Origin: an uncultured Bdellovibrio sp.
Lineage (GTDB): Bacteria; Bdellovibrionota; Bdellovibrionia; Bdellovibrionales; Bdellovibrionaceae
Assembly (NCBI GenBank): GCA_963932905.1
Contig: CAWVRN010000006.1
Coordinates: forward strand, 1 to 64,000
Length of the DNA stretch: 64,000 nucleotides
Reading direction: 5' to 3'
The stretch's first letter is position 1, and each line of letters begins with the position of its first letter. The position numbers and the translations under genes are program-made. The notes under the pieces are model-generated. The model was not told the origin of the DNA. It made no database searches and was given only the letters and a program-made list of their open reading frames with translations. Positions 44,038-53,451 of the stretch are shown one piece after another.

Positions 44038-46582
44038 CTTTAATAGAATCTCCTGGCTTAAAGTCCTGTGCTAAAATCATTTTAGACAGAGGATTCAAAA
44101 CTTCGGATTGGATGACACGTTTTAATGGTCTTGCCCCATAAATCGGATCATACCCTTGAGATCCTAGTTGGCGAGTCGCTGCGTCTGAAAAACTCAAGTT
44201 AATCTTTTTATTTCTCAATCGTTCAACCACAGCCGTAAGTTGAATTTTCACGATACCACTGATTTGCTCTTCTTTCAGCGAATTGAAAATAATTGTTTCA
44301 TCTATACGGTTTAAAAACTCGGGCCTAAAGTGACTACGAAGTGCCGCCGTCACTTCTTTGCTCTTCTCTTCTTCAGACATACCCGGATCGATGATTGCTG
44401 ATGAGCCAATATTCGATGTCATGATCAAAACTGTATTTTTAAAATCAACGACTCGACCTTGGCCATCCGTAAGGCGACCATCATCAAGTACTTGAAGTAA
44501 AATATTGAATACATCGGTGTGTGCCTTTTCAATTTCGTCAAACAGCACCACACTGTATGGTTTTCTGCGAACAGCTTCCGTCAACTGACCGCCTTCTTCA
44601 TAACCCACATAGCCTGGAGGCGCGCCAATCAAGCGAGCTACCGAATGTTTTTCCATGTACTCACTCATATCAATACGCACAATCGCTTGATCGGAATCAA
44701 ACAGGAATTCTGCTAAAGATTTCACTGTTTCTGTTTTACCCACGCCCGTCGGACCTAGAAAAATAAATGTTCCCACAGGACGATTAGGATCTGAAATTTC
44801 CGCGCGAGATCTGCGGATCGCATCGCCTAAAATTTCTAGCGCATGATCTTGACCGACCACGCGTTCACGCATTTTAGTTTCCATATTCAACAGTTTTTGA
44901 GTTTCGCCTTCCATCATTTTAGCGACAGGAATTCCAGTCCACTTACCCACGACTTCCGCGATATCTTCTGACGCGACTTCTTCTTTCAGAATTTGGTTTT
45001 TACCTTTCTGATTTTGAGCTTTTTCTTCCGTCGCTTTAATTTTCTTTTCTAGTTCTGGCAACTTTCCGTATTGAAGTTCGGCTGCTTTACCAAGATCACC
45101 AAGACGTTGAGCTTTTTCAATTTCAAGTTTCAAAGCCTCATGATCTTGTTTATATTTTTTCAGATTCTCGATGCCGCCTTTTTCAAATTCCCATTGTTCA
45201 CGTAGCGACTGGTTGTTTTTTTGAAGCCCGGCAAGTTCTTTATCGATGGCAGCCATGCGTTCTATCGCCGACGTTTCGGTTTCCTTCTTCATCGCTTCTT
45301 TTTCAATTCTCAGTTGCATCATGTGCCGTTCGATTTCGTCGATCTCTTCCGGAACCGATTTAATTTCAATACTTAATTTACTGGCCGCTTCATCCACAAG
45401 ATCGATCGCTTTATCTGGCAAGAATCGCGAGGTAATATACCGATGAGATAATTTCACCGCGGATACAATAGCACTATCTGTAATTCTAACACCGTGATGG
45501 ACTTCATATTTTTCTTTTAGACCACGCAAGATAGTAATGGCTTCTTCAACAGACGGCTCATCAACTAAAACCGTTTGGAATCGACGTTCTAATGCGGCAT
45601 CTTTTTCAATGTACTTGCGATATTCATCCAAGGTCGTTGCGCCAATACAGCGTAATTCACCACGCGCTAAAGCAGGTTTTAACAATTGCCCCGCATCCAT
45701 TGCACCTTCTGATTTACCAGCACCAACCAGTGTATGAATTTCGTCGATAAATAAAATGATTTTGCCGTCACTACTAGTAACTTCTTTAATAACTGCTTTC
45801 AAACGATCTTCAAATTCACCACGATATTTTGCACCAGCAACTAATGCACCCAGATCTAAGCTCAATAGCTTTTTACCCACTAGGTTTTCAGGAATGTCTT
45901 TTTGCACAATACGCAATGCTAACCCCTCAGCAATGGCTGTTTTACCTACACCAGGCTCACCAATTAGTACCGGATTGTTTTTAGTACGACGAGAAAGCAC
46001 CTGAATCACTCGACGAATTTCTTCATCTCGGCCCACAACCGGATCTAGCTTGCCTTCGGCCGCAAGAGCCGTCAAATCACGTGCGAATTTTTTTAAGACT
46101 TCCATTTTGTTTTCTGGATCGTCATCGACCACTTTTTGATTTCCGCGAGTTTCCGTTAAACCTTTTAAAAAATTATCCAGCTTCAACTGATGTTTTTTAA
46201 AGATCGCTGCTAATTCTGTATCATTAATTTTAATAGCCGCTAAAAAGAAATGCTCGGTCGATATAAAGCTATCGCCCATGGCTTTAGCTTCAACTTCGGC
46301 CGTTTGAAACATCTTTTGCAGTCGCGGACTTGCATATGGCTTTTGATGACTACCTGTAATTTGAGCAAAACGATCAATACGACTTTGAAGGTCGTAAGCT
46401 AACGACTGAATATTTGTATTTAATTTTTCCAAAATACGCGGAACGATACCCTGTTCTTGGGTCACAAGCTCATGAAGAAAATGTTCCGGTTCGACCATGG
46501 AGTGACTTTTTGCCTCAGCTTTTTGGGCCGCTGCCTGCATTGCTTCTTGGCTTTTTTGGGTCATTTTATCAATTTCTGACAT
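43994..46582 (-). CDS. clpB: ATP-dependent disaggregase ClpB
   Basis: GEPGVGKT and [11 protein letters not shown]+ modules with coiled-coil middle domain (AAELQYG). Confidence 0.99.
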   Translation of the reverse strand: MSEIDKMTQKSQEAMQAAAQKAEAKSHSMVEPEHFLHELVTQEQGIVPRILEKLNTNIQSLAYDLQSRIDRFAQITGSHQKPYASPRLQKMFQTAEVEAKAMGDSFISTEHFFLAAIKINDTELAAIFKKHQLKLDNFLKGLTETRGNQKVVDDDPENKMEVLKKFARDLTALAAEGKLDPVVGRDEEIRRVIQVLSRRTKNNPVLIGEPGVGKTAIAEGLALRIVQKDIPENLVGKKLLSLDLGALVAGAKYRGEFEDRLKAVIKEVTSSDGKIILFIDEIHTLVGAGKSEGAMDAGQLLKPALARGELRCIGATTLDEYRKYIEKDAALERRFQTVLVDEPSVEEAITILRGLKEKYEVHHGVRITDSAIVSAVKLSHRYITSRFLPDKAIDLVDEAASKLSIEIKSVPEEIDEIERHMMQLRIEKEAMKKETETSAIERMAAIDKELAGLQKNNQSLREQWEFEKGGIENLKKYKQDHEALKLEIEKAQRLGDLGKAAELQYGKLPELEKKIKATEEKAQNQKGKNQILKEEVASEDIAEVVGKWTGIPVAKMMEGETQKLLNMETKMRERVVGQDHALEILGDAIRRSRAEISDPNRPVGTFIFLGPTGVGKTETVKSLAEFLFDSDQAIVRIDMSEYMEKHSVARLIGAPPGYVGYEEGGQLTEAVRRKPYSVVLFDEIEKAHTDVFNILLQVLDDGRLTDGQGRVVDFKNTVLIMTSNIGSSAIIDPGMSEEEKSKEVTAALRSHFRPEFLNRIDETIIFNSLKEEQISGIVKIQLTAVVERLRNKKINLSFSDAATRQLGSQGYDPIYGARPLKRVIQSEVLNPLSKMILAQDFKPGDSIKVDFSGGAFKFSKDA

Positions 46583-46602
46583 ATAAATTACCTCTCAGAA
46601 AT

Positions 46603-46631
46603 AACTTGGGTCGCAAACCCGTTTCTGTCAA
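46603..46631 (-). promoter_or_regulatory. Putative clpB promoter (TTGACA...CCCAAGTT; sigma70- or sigma32-like)
   Basis: TTGACA at 46631-46626; no CIRCE inverted repeat seen. Confidence 0.4.
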
Positions 46632-46649
46632 ATAACCATATGCTTTTTT

Positions 46650-47360
46650 TTAGTCCACCCAATTAAACGTGGGGCATTGAGCCGCAACAATTCGATGCAA
46701 AACACTGTCGCTTTTCAAGATTGCATCTCCGTTTTTATAATCGAATATAGATTGGTTCACAATTGAGCATTTTTGGCCAAATTGGTTTTTAAACATCGAT
46801 TTTAGAGTCGGTACTGAATTCGCGGGCTTACCCATCATAAAGCCGGTATCTAAATAAACGCCATTATAACGAAGGACTTCGACACCACCGGCATTTTTAG
46901 GGTTAATTGACGTGTAGTTTTTAAAAACAATGTTAGCGTTATTCAGCGGGTATAAATTTTTAGATTCAAAATCAAAACTTAGTTTAGAATTAATTTTAAC
47001 TGATACTTGATTAGAGGCTAAAGTCACACTGGCCGGCTCATAAATTTCTCGTGGAAAAAAATAGTACGTTCGCGCACCTGTCGATTTAGTGTCCGAGCCC
47101 TTACCGTATGAATTGAAAACAAACAACATTCCATCAGAGCTGACTAAGTAGCTACGATAAACCAAGTCTTCATAACCATTCATCGGATGAATGGAATGCC
47201 AGCATTCTGCTCGATCCGATTGATATTGCATTGAAAACTGCAAATTGTCGCGATGAGTGATTTGGTACGGACAGTCTTCTGGTTTGGAGTAGCCAAAACT
47301 GGAAGTTGCTTGAACTAAAACACCAAAGAATAGCATGAAAAAAATTTGTGATTTTGTCAT
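46650..47360 (-). CDS. Secreted hypothetical protein
   Basis: Signal peptide, four Cys, beta-rich. Confidence 0.8.
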   Translation of the reverse strand: MTKSQIFFMLFFGVLVQATSSFGYSKPEDCPYQITHRDNLQFSMQYQSDRAECWHSIHPMNGYEDLVYRSYLVSSDGMLFVFNSYGKGSDTKSTGARTYYFFPREIYEPASVTLASNQVSVKINSKLSFDFESKNLYPLNNANIVFKNYTSINPKNAGGVEVLRYNGVYLDTGFMMGKPANSVPTLKSMFKNQFGQKCSIVNQSIFDYKNGDAILKSDSVLHRIVAAQCPTFNWVD

Positions 47361-47412
47361 ATACCCTAATTATGCTTGTCCGCCATGAGACTTGTCATGT
47401 AATCAGGTAACA

Positions 47413-47646
47413 ATGGCTAAAACAGAAAGAAAAATTAGACCTTCGATCAAGCGTGAGAAAGTTTCTGCGTTTGACTATCAACACTACAATCATCGCTTCA
47501 GTTGTGATGATTGCAGCCATTTTGACGCTATCACTGAGAAATGTACATTAGGGTATCCAACAGAACCACACAGAAAAACACAGCAGACACATGAATATTT
47601 GATGTCTGGTAGCATGGCATTTTGCCGCTCACACGAAATCGACTAG
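47413..47646 (+). CDS. Small Cys-rich protein, probably metal/Fe-S binding
   Basis: CDDCSHF-x6-C...FC; ATG at 47413. Confidence 0.7.
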   Translation: MAKTERKIRPSIKREKVSAFDYQHYNHRFSCDDCSHFDAITEKCTLGYPTEPHRKTQQTHEYLMSGSMAFCRSHEID

Positions 47647-47826
47647 TCAAAACTTAGAATAGCCTGGTCCTTTTACCCTATGAAGAACGTCCGGGAACCC
47701 TTTGTTTATCAAGGTTTCATGAGGTTTTTCATTTTCAAGAAAACATTTTGCCTAGCGAATGGAATTTTTTTCCTCGTCCCAAAGACCATATTTATTCAAA
47801 CAATCGTTTTCCTCCCTAAAGTCCTG

Positions 47827-47853
47827 TCAAGAAAATGTCGCACACCCCGAATG
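47827..47853 (+). promoter_or_regulatory. sigma28 (FliA)-like promoter TCAA-N15-CCCGAATG upstream of flagellin
   Basis: Resembles TAAA-N15-GCCGATAA with exact spacing. Confidence 0.6.
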
Positions 47854-48110
47854 ATTACTTGTAAGCGCCGCACTGGTTTCTAAGAACAACCAGTGTGTTG
47901 CAAAAAATAACAAGGATTCAGAAGGAACCGGAAAGTGCAGTCAGACTTTCCCAAATTTAGAAAGGAGGCCTTCAAGGAAGATAAAGAAGAACAATAGAGT
48001 GTTCAAAAGATTCGGGTACCAAAATGGTGCCTAATAGTGAAAGGCCTAAATTCGCAATGGATGCGTCCCTTATAAAGAGGGTGAGCTTAAACAACACACG
48101 GAGGTTATAA

Positions 48111-48140
48111 ATGAAAGATTTAAAAAAATTAACGTATTAA
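48111..48140 (+). CDS. Putative 9-aa leader ORF MKDLKKLTY
   Basis: ACGGAGG SD 6 nt before ATG; stop abuts the flagellin SD. Confidence 0.45.
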   Translation: MKDLKKLTY

Positions 48141-48155
48141 CGGAGGAATAATTTT

Positions 48156-48989
48156 ATGGGTATGAGAGTAACAACAAACATCGCAGCTATCAACGCTCAA
48201 AGAAATTTGAATGGTAGCCAAAGAATGATCGGTAAATCAATGGCGCAATTAGCGTCTGGTAGCCGTATCAATATCGCAGCTGACGACGCAGCTGGTTTAG
48301 CAATCAGCGAAGGCTTGAAAGCTAGTATCAGATCATCTGCACAAGCACAAAGAAATGCTAACGACGGTATCTCGATGGTTCAAACAGCTGAAGGCGGTTT
48401 AAACGAAATCGGTAACATCGTTGTTCGTCTTCGTGAGTTGGGCATCCAAGCCTCTTCTGACACTGTAGGTGAAGTAGAGCGCGGATTTCTCAACAAGGAA
48501 GTTGATCAATTGAAATCTGAGGTTCAACGTATTTCTTCTGTAACTACTTGGGGTAAAACTAAATTGTTGGATGGTTCAACGCCACAATTCGATTTCCAAG
48601 TTGGTATCTTCAACAACGCAGAAGAAGACAGAATTTCATTTGATGCTTCACAAAACGTAGCAACACTTGATGCTTTGGGGCTTTCAGGTCTTGATTACAC
48701 TACTAAAGAAGGAGCTCAAACAGCTCTTGAGTCTTTAGATTCTGCTCAAGAACTAGTGAATGGCTACCGCGCCAATCTGGGTGCTCTACAAAATCGTTTA
48801 ACATCGACTGTAGATAACTTAGGTGTAGCTCATGAGAACATGAGTGCCGCCAACAGCCGTATCAGAGATACTGACGTAGCTCAGGCTTCTTCTGAAATGG
48901 TTCGTAACAACATCTTGTTACAAGCTGGTACTTCTACATTAGCTCAAGCTAACCAATCTAATCAATTAGCTCTTAAACTAATCGGTTAA
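48156..48989 (+). CDS. fliC: Flagellin (short, 277 aa)
   Basis: LASGSRINIAADDAAGLAISE, NANDGISMVQTAEG, SRIRDTDVA. Confidence 0.99.
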   Translation: MGMRVTTNIAAINAQRNLNGSQRMIGKSMAQLASGSRINIAADDAAGLAISEGLKASIRSSAQAQRNANDGISMVQTAEGGLNEIGNIVVRLRELGIQASSDTVGEVERGFLNKEVDQLKSEVQRISSVTTWGKTKLLDGSTPQFDFQVGIFNNAEEDRISFDASQNVATLDALGLSGLDYTTKEGAQTALESLDSAQELVNGYRANLGALQNRLTSTVDNLGVAHENMSAANSRIRDTDVAQASSEMVRNNILLQAGTSTLAQANQSNQLALKLIG

Positions 48990-49014
48990 TAAGTAAGTAA
49001 AATATTGTTGTACT

Positions 49015-49059
49015 AAAAAAGAGGCCGCTCCTTAAAAAAGAGTGGTCTCTTTCTTTTTG
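49015..49059 (+). terminator. Intrinsic terminator after flagellin
   Basis: GAGGCCGCTC / GAGTGGTCTC hairpin then TTTCTTTTT. Confidence 0.85.
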
Positions 49060-49104
49060 TAAACACTTGCCTGCGGCTAGATTTCGAGGCATTCTGGACC
49101 TTAT

Positions 49105-49467
49105 ATGGTCTTGAAAAAAGGCTTCCTGAAAGCCATTTCCTTTATATTAATAATTATCTTAGGATCAGGAATCTTAAAGACCACTTTTAATTCTTATTTT
49201 AATGAATCTCATGAATTTTCTTACCTCGACTTTGCCCATGTTCACACTCATAGCCATTCTCATAGTCAAAATTTAGGTGCTTCGACGGCCGACAGCCACG
49301 AAGACTGCCATGGCAGCATGGTCAATGGATTCGTTTTCCTTGCCGTTTCGTTTGATCAATTTGCTGATTTAATACTAAAACTAAAATTTAATTTTACCTC
49401 GCGACCGAATTCAATTTATCAAGATCCCGACTCTGATCCTCTGCGAAAACCGCCTCGTTTTTCTTAA
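49105..49467 (+). CDS. His-rich membrane-anchored small protein with C-terminal LRKPP (DUF2946/CruR-like leader)
   Basis: N-terminal TM, HVHTHSHSH, HEDCH, PLRKPPRFS*; promoter TTGCCT-N17-CATTCT at 49067-49095. Confidence 0.75.
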   Translation: MVLKKGFLKAISFILIIILGSGILKTTFNSYFNESHEFSYLDFAHVHTHSHSHSQNLGASTADSHEDCHGSMVNGFVFLAVSFDQFADLILKLKFNFTSRPNSIYQDPDSDPLRKPPRFS

Positions 49468-49519
49468 ATATATTTTTTATTACTCTTAATAATTAAATTC
49501 TTATTTAAAGGAAACATGT

Positions 49520-50635
49520 ATGCTTTTTCAAGATGTTCGCTTATTTTTATTTATTCTAATTTCTGTTTTCAGTTTAGAATCATTTTGTATAACGTCCCCC
49601 AATGTCAATGCTACCGCTCTTTTTCTGTATCGCAACTCTAACTTCCACAAAGAAGATGCAGATCCTGCAAACCTTGACACTAATCCGAATGGCCTTGCGA
49701 TTCAGGAAGCCGAGCTACAATTTTATTCAGCTGTCGATCCATACACGCGATTAAATTTACTATTAGCCGTGCACCCATCTTTAGAATCGGACGGAAATAA
49801 AATCGAAGAGAAATGGATCATCGAACCGGAAGAAGCCTTCGCAGAAAGCAGCGCCCTACCCGCTACCAATTTGAAAATTGGCAAATTCAAGGCGTTCTTA
49901 GGTAAACACAATACTCTGCATACCCATGCCTATACGTTTGTTGAAGCTCCACTGGCTAATACTCAATTGCTAGGTGATGAGGGGCTAAACGACGTGGGTA
50001 TATCGGCCGCCGTATTATTGCCGACTTCATGGTTTAGCGAAGTCACTTTTCAATTCTTACGAGGAAAAGGAGAAAACGAGCAATTTAATTCGGCCAACCC
50101 AAATGATGGCGTAGGTGTTACACACTGGAAAAATCTATTTGATATAGACGACGCCACAACCCTTGAGCTTGGAGCCTCGTATGCAAACGGAGCCAATTCA
50201 TACCGCAAAACCACATTGCTGACTGGTGCTGATGTCACTCTGAAATGGCGACCAACTGCGGGCGGTAAATACAAATCAGTCACGTGGGCCACCGAGTATT
50301 TAGGACGGACACAACGACAAGCCGACGTCGACGATGAAACGGCTGGTGGATTGGCTTCGTGGATCCAATATCAATTTGCTATGCAGTGGGCGGCTTTGTA
50401 TCGCTATGACGATCTTACGTTTAAAAACAGTTTTGATACCACCAAATCACCAAATGAGACCTCGACTCGTCATTCGGTCGGATTGGTCTTTTCGGCGTCA
50501 GAGTTTTCGGCGCTGAAATTGGAGTTCAATCAACGTAAAGGCGGTGTTCGTAACATCTACAACGAGGACACCGAGAACACCGTTTTTCTGCAGTTTAATT
50601 TAACTATGGGCGCCCATCCAACTCACACGTATTAG
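49520..50635 (+). CDS. Outer-membrane beta-barrel (metal-uptake porin family)
   Basis: Signal peptide; QEAELQFYSAVDPY, NTLHTHAY, C-terminal GAHPTHTY. Confidence 0.8.
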   Translation: MLFQDVRLFLFILISVFSLESFCITSPNVNATALFLYRNSNFHKEDADPANLDTNPNGLAIQEAELQFYSAVDPYTRLNLLLAVHPSLESDGNKIEEKWIIEPEEAFAESSALPATNLKIGKFKAFLGKHNTLHTHAYTFVEAPLANTQLLGDEGLNDVGISAAVLLPTSWFSEVTFQFLRGKGENEQFNSANPNDGVGVTHWKNLFDIDDATTLELGASYANGANSYRKTTLLTGADVTLKWRPTAGGKYKSVTWATEYLGRTQRQADVDDETAGGLASWIQYQFAMQWAALYRYDDLTFKNSFDTTKSPNETSTRHSVGLVFSASEFSALKLEFNQRKGGVRNIYNEDTENTVFLQFNLTMGAHPTHTY

Positions 50636-50643
50636 AGGCCGTT

Positions 50644-51531
50644 ATGAATAAATTTGTTTTTCTTTTATTTTTGCCACTTTGTAGTCTTGCAAAAATTCAA
50701 GTCGCGGCCACTACGACAGATGTAGCCGCTATCGTTCGTGAAGTTGGCGGTAATCAAGTGGATGTGTTCCATATCGCGAAAGGGACGCAAGACCCACATC
50801 AAATCGAAGCGAAACCTTCGTACATGGTAAAACTGCGACCTGTTGATCTTGTCATTGCCCAAGGTTTGGAACTAGAAACTGCCTGGCTTACACCGTTGAT
50901 TGAAGGTTCACGTAACGAGAAACTTTTGCAAAAGAACAACGTCATGGAACTTGGACCCATGCTGGATCCAATCGATATTCCCAAGGGCACGATCTCGCGT
51001 GCGGACGGCGACGTTCATCCTGGTGGTAATCCACATTTTCAATTAGACCCAGTTCGAGTCGGTAAAGCGGCTGTTTTAATAGCCGATCGTTTAGCACAAA
51101 GTGACCCAGGACACACAACATTGTTCAACGAAAACGCTAAAAAGTTTAACCAGCACATGATCGACAAAACTGCCGAGTGGAAAAAACGTCTTGCAAAAAC
51201 CGGAGTCAAAGAACTGATTACGTACCACAAGTACCTGGCCTACTTTTGCTCGCGTTTCGATTTGGTTTGCAATCTACAGCTAGAGCCTAAGCCTGGGATT
51301 CCTCCGACGGCGAATCATTTATTATCTGTTATTTCCGAAATTAAAAAGCGAAACATCAGTTTAGTGTTGATCGAAAATCTATACCTGGATGATGCCGGTA
51401 ATAAATTGAAACAAGATGTTCCTAATTTGAAAATTCAAAAAATACCGGTGTCAGTTGAAGGCGATACAGGCATCACAACGAACGATCAACTAATTGAAAA
51501 AATCGTGACCACTATAGAGGCGGCAAAATAA
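50644..51531 (+). CDS. ZnuA/TroA-family metal ABC substrate-binding protein
   Basis: QDPHQIEAKP, GDVHPGGNPHFQLDP, TYHK, EPKPGIPPT. Confidence 0.95.
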   Translation: MNKFVFLLFLPLCSLAKIQVAATTTDVAAIVREVGGNQVDVFHIAKGTQDPHQIEAKPSYMVKLRPVDLVIAQGLELETAWLTPLIEGSRNEKLLQKNNVMELGPMLDPIDIPKGTISRADGDVHPGGNPHFQLDPVRVGKAAVLIADRLAQSDPGHTTLFNENAKKFNQHMIDKTAEWKKRLAKTGVKELITYHKYLAYFCSRFDLVCNLQLEPKPGIPPTANHLLSVISEIKKRNISLVLIENLYLDDAGNKLKQDVPNLKIQKIPVSVEGDTGITTNDQLIEKIVTTIEAAK

Positions 51532-52325
51532 TGGAAGCTTATTCTTTTTTAGCCGCTCCGTTTATTTTGGCGATATTACTGGTCGGCATTCATGCTTATT
51601 TAGGTTTACATGTTTTAAAACGCGATGTGGTGTTTGTCGACATCAGCCTTTCGCAAATTGCCGCCCTCGGAAGCACCGTCAGTTTATTTTTTGCTACCGA
51701 GAGCGAAAATAAAAGTTTGGCGCTATTGCTGTCGCTAACGTTCTGCTTGGTCATCTCTTTTATCTTGGCCATGCTACGACACTATGAAAAGAAAGTGTCA
51801 CAAGAAGCTCTTATCGGAATGACTTATGCTTTGGCCAGCGGTGCGCTGATTTTAGTTACGGATAAGCTACCTCATGGAGCCGAACATTTAAAAGAAGCTC
51901 TGGTTGGCAATATCTTGTTTGTAACTTGGACAGAAGTTATAGAAACAACGTTGGTGTATTCTATTGTTGGCGGACTACACTGGATTTTTAGAAAGCAGTT
52001 TTGGAGTGCGTCTGAAGGTAAAAACAAAAAGTTCATATGGGACTTTTTGTTTTATTTCCTATTTGGAATTGTGATCACGTTCTCTACGCGACATGCGGGC
52101 GTACTAGTCGTATTTTCAATATTGGTGGCACCTGCGGCTTTGGCTGGGCGATTTCTCAACACGGTCTCTAGTCAGTTGAGCCTCGCTTGGGTCACCGGAA
52201 GCCTTGGTGTTTTGTTGTCGTTTGTATTAAGTTATCGATGGGATTTGCCGTCAGGGGCGGCAATAGTCTGCACACTGACGACATTATTTTTCTTGGCGCT
52301 ATTTATTAAGCCAAAAGAGGCCTAA
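51531..52325 (+). CDS. ZnuB-family metal ABC permease
   Basis: LGLHVLKRDVVFVDISLSQIAALG, GVLVVFSILVAPA, WDLPSGAAIV. Confidence 0.93.
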   Translation: MEAYSFLAAPFILAILLVGIHAYLGLHVLKRDVVFVDISLSQIAALGSTVSLFFATESENKSLALLLSLTFCLVISFILAMLRHYEKKVSQEALIGMTYALASGALILVTDKLPHGAEHLKEALVGNILFVTWTEVIETTLVYSIVGGLHWIFRKQFWSASEGKNKKFIWDFLFYFLFGIVITFSTRHAGVLVVFSILVAPAALAGRFLNTVSSQLSLAWVTGSLGVLLSFVLSYRWDLPSGAAIVCTLTTLFFLALFIKPKEA

Positions 52326-53143
52326 TGAATCGATCCGCCCTTACCATATTTTTCGGGGGATTGCTGATAGACTTGCTGCGCTTGAGGTAACCACTGTGTC
52401 AGTTTCGCGCGGCGATTACTATCCGATGGATGCGTTGACATCCACTCGGGCACCTCACCGCCCTTAGCTGCGTTCATGCGTTCCCAAAGGGCGATGGATT
52501 CTGAAGGTTCGTAACCAGCTTTAGCCATATAGATTTGTCCTACTTGATCAGCTTCAGTTTCATCTTCGCGTGAAAATTTACGGTTGAAAAAGGTGAGCGC
52601 CACACCAGCCGCCGCTCCACCAAGGCCCGCTAACAGTCGACAATTTTCTGTTTTACAAAGCAACTGCCCCCCAACCGCTGTGGCCACGCCTATCAAAGCA
52701 CCTGTTTGCTGCTCCTCAATGGCCCGAGCGTAGCCCTTCTGTCCATGACGTCGCGTCGCATGCGCTACCTCATGACCCATCACTGCGGCCAACGCACCTT
52801 CTGTTTTTAAGATCGGCATAATTCCCGTGTACACGGCCATTTTTCCACCGGGCATGCACCACGCATTAGGTTCATCATTTTCAATCAAAACAATTTCCCA
52901 CTGAAAATTTTCACCTGAAGCCCGGGCGATACGTTGACCCACTCGCTGAACCATTTCGTTCCAATCTTTACGAGTCGAAATTTTGGATTTGGATTTCACT
53001 TCTTGGTAGGCCTTTGCCGACTCGGCATTAATTTCAGCCTCGGTTGGCGTTTGCGCCTGCGACAAAGTGGAACATCCCATCGAGCTAGCTAACAAAAAAA
53101 CTGAAACCACTGAAACCAGAAGAACTGAAACTGTTTTTTTCAT
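52322..53143 (-). CDS. M48 family metallopeptidase lipoprotein
   Basis: NAWCMPGGK, GHEVAH, FSREDETEAD, STHP; lipobox SMGC. Confidence 0.96.
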   Translation of the reverse strand: MKKTVSVLLVSVVSVFLLASSMGCSTLSQAQTPTEAEINAESAKAYQEVKSKSKISTRKDWNEMVQRVGQRIARASGENFQWEIVLIENDEPNAWCMPGGKMAVYTGIMPILKTEGALAAVMGHEVAHATRRHGQKGYARAIEEQQTGALIGVATAVGGQLLCKTENCRLLAGLGGAAAGVALTFFNRKFSREDETEADQVGQIYMAKAGYEPSESIALWERMNAAKGGEVPEWMSTHPSDSNRRAKLTQWLPQAQQVYQQSPEKYGKGGSIH

Positions 53144-53451
53144 AAGATAATCCGCCTTTATATAGGAATCCTTCGCTTTATTGGTCCGATCTTAATAACA
53201 AAACACCAGTCTAAACAAGGTCATTAAGCACACCTATTTTTTATTAAATATAATATATTTATAGTATGTTTTACTAAATAAACTCAGTATTTTATGATCA
53301 TTTTTAAATAAGTTATCAATTTTTTTATTGAAACGCTGCAGCATTATTGCTGTACTTACAGCAGGCCATCAATTCTCATATTGAATTTTATGCTTCAGCA
53401 GGTCACCCCGCCCGCCAGGCAAGGGAACAGTTTTTGAAACCATAGAAATCT

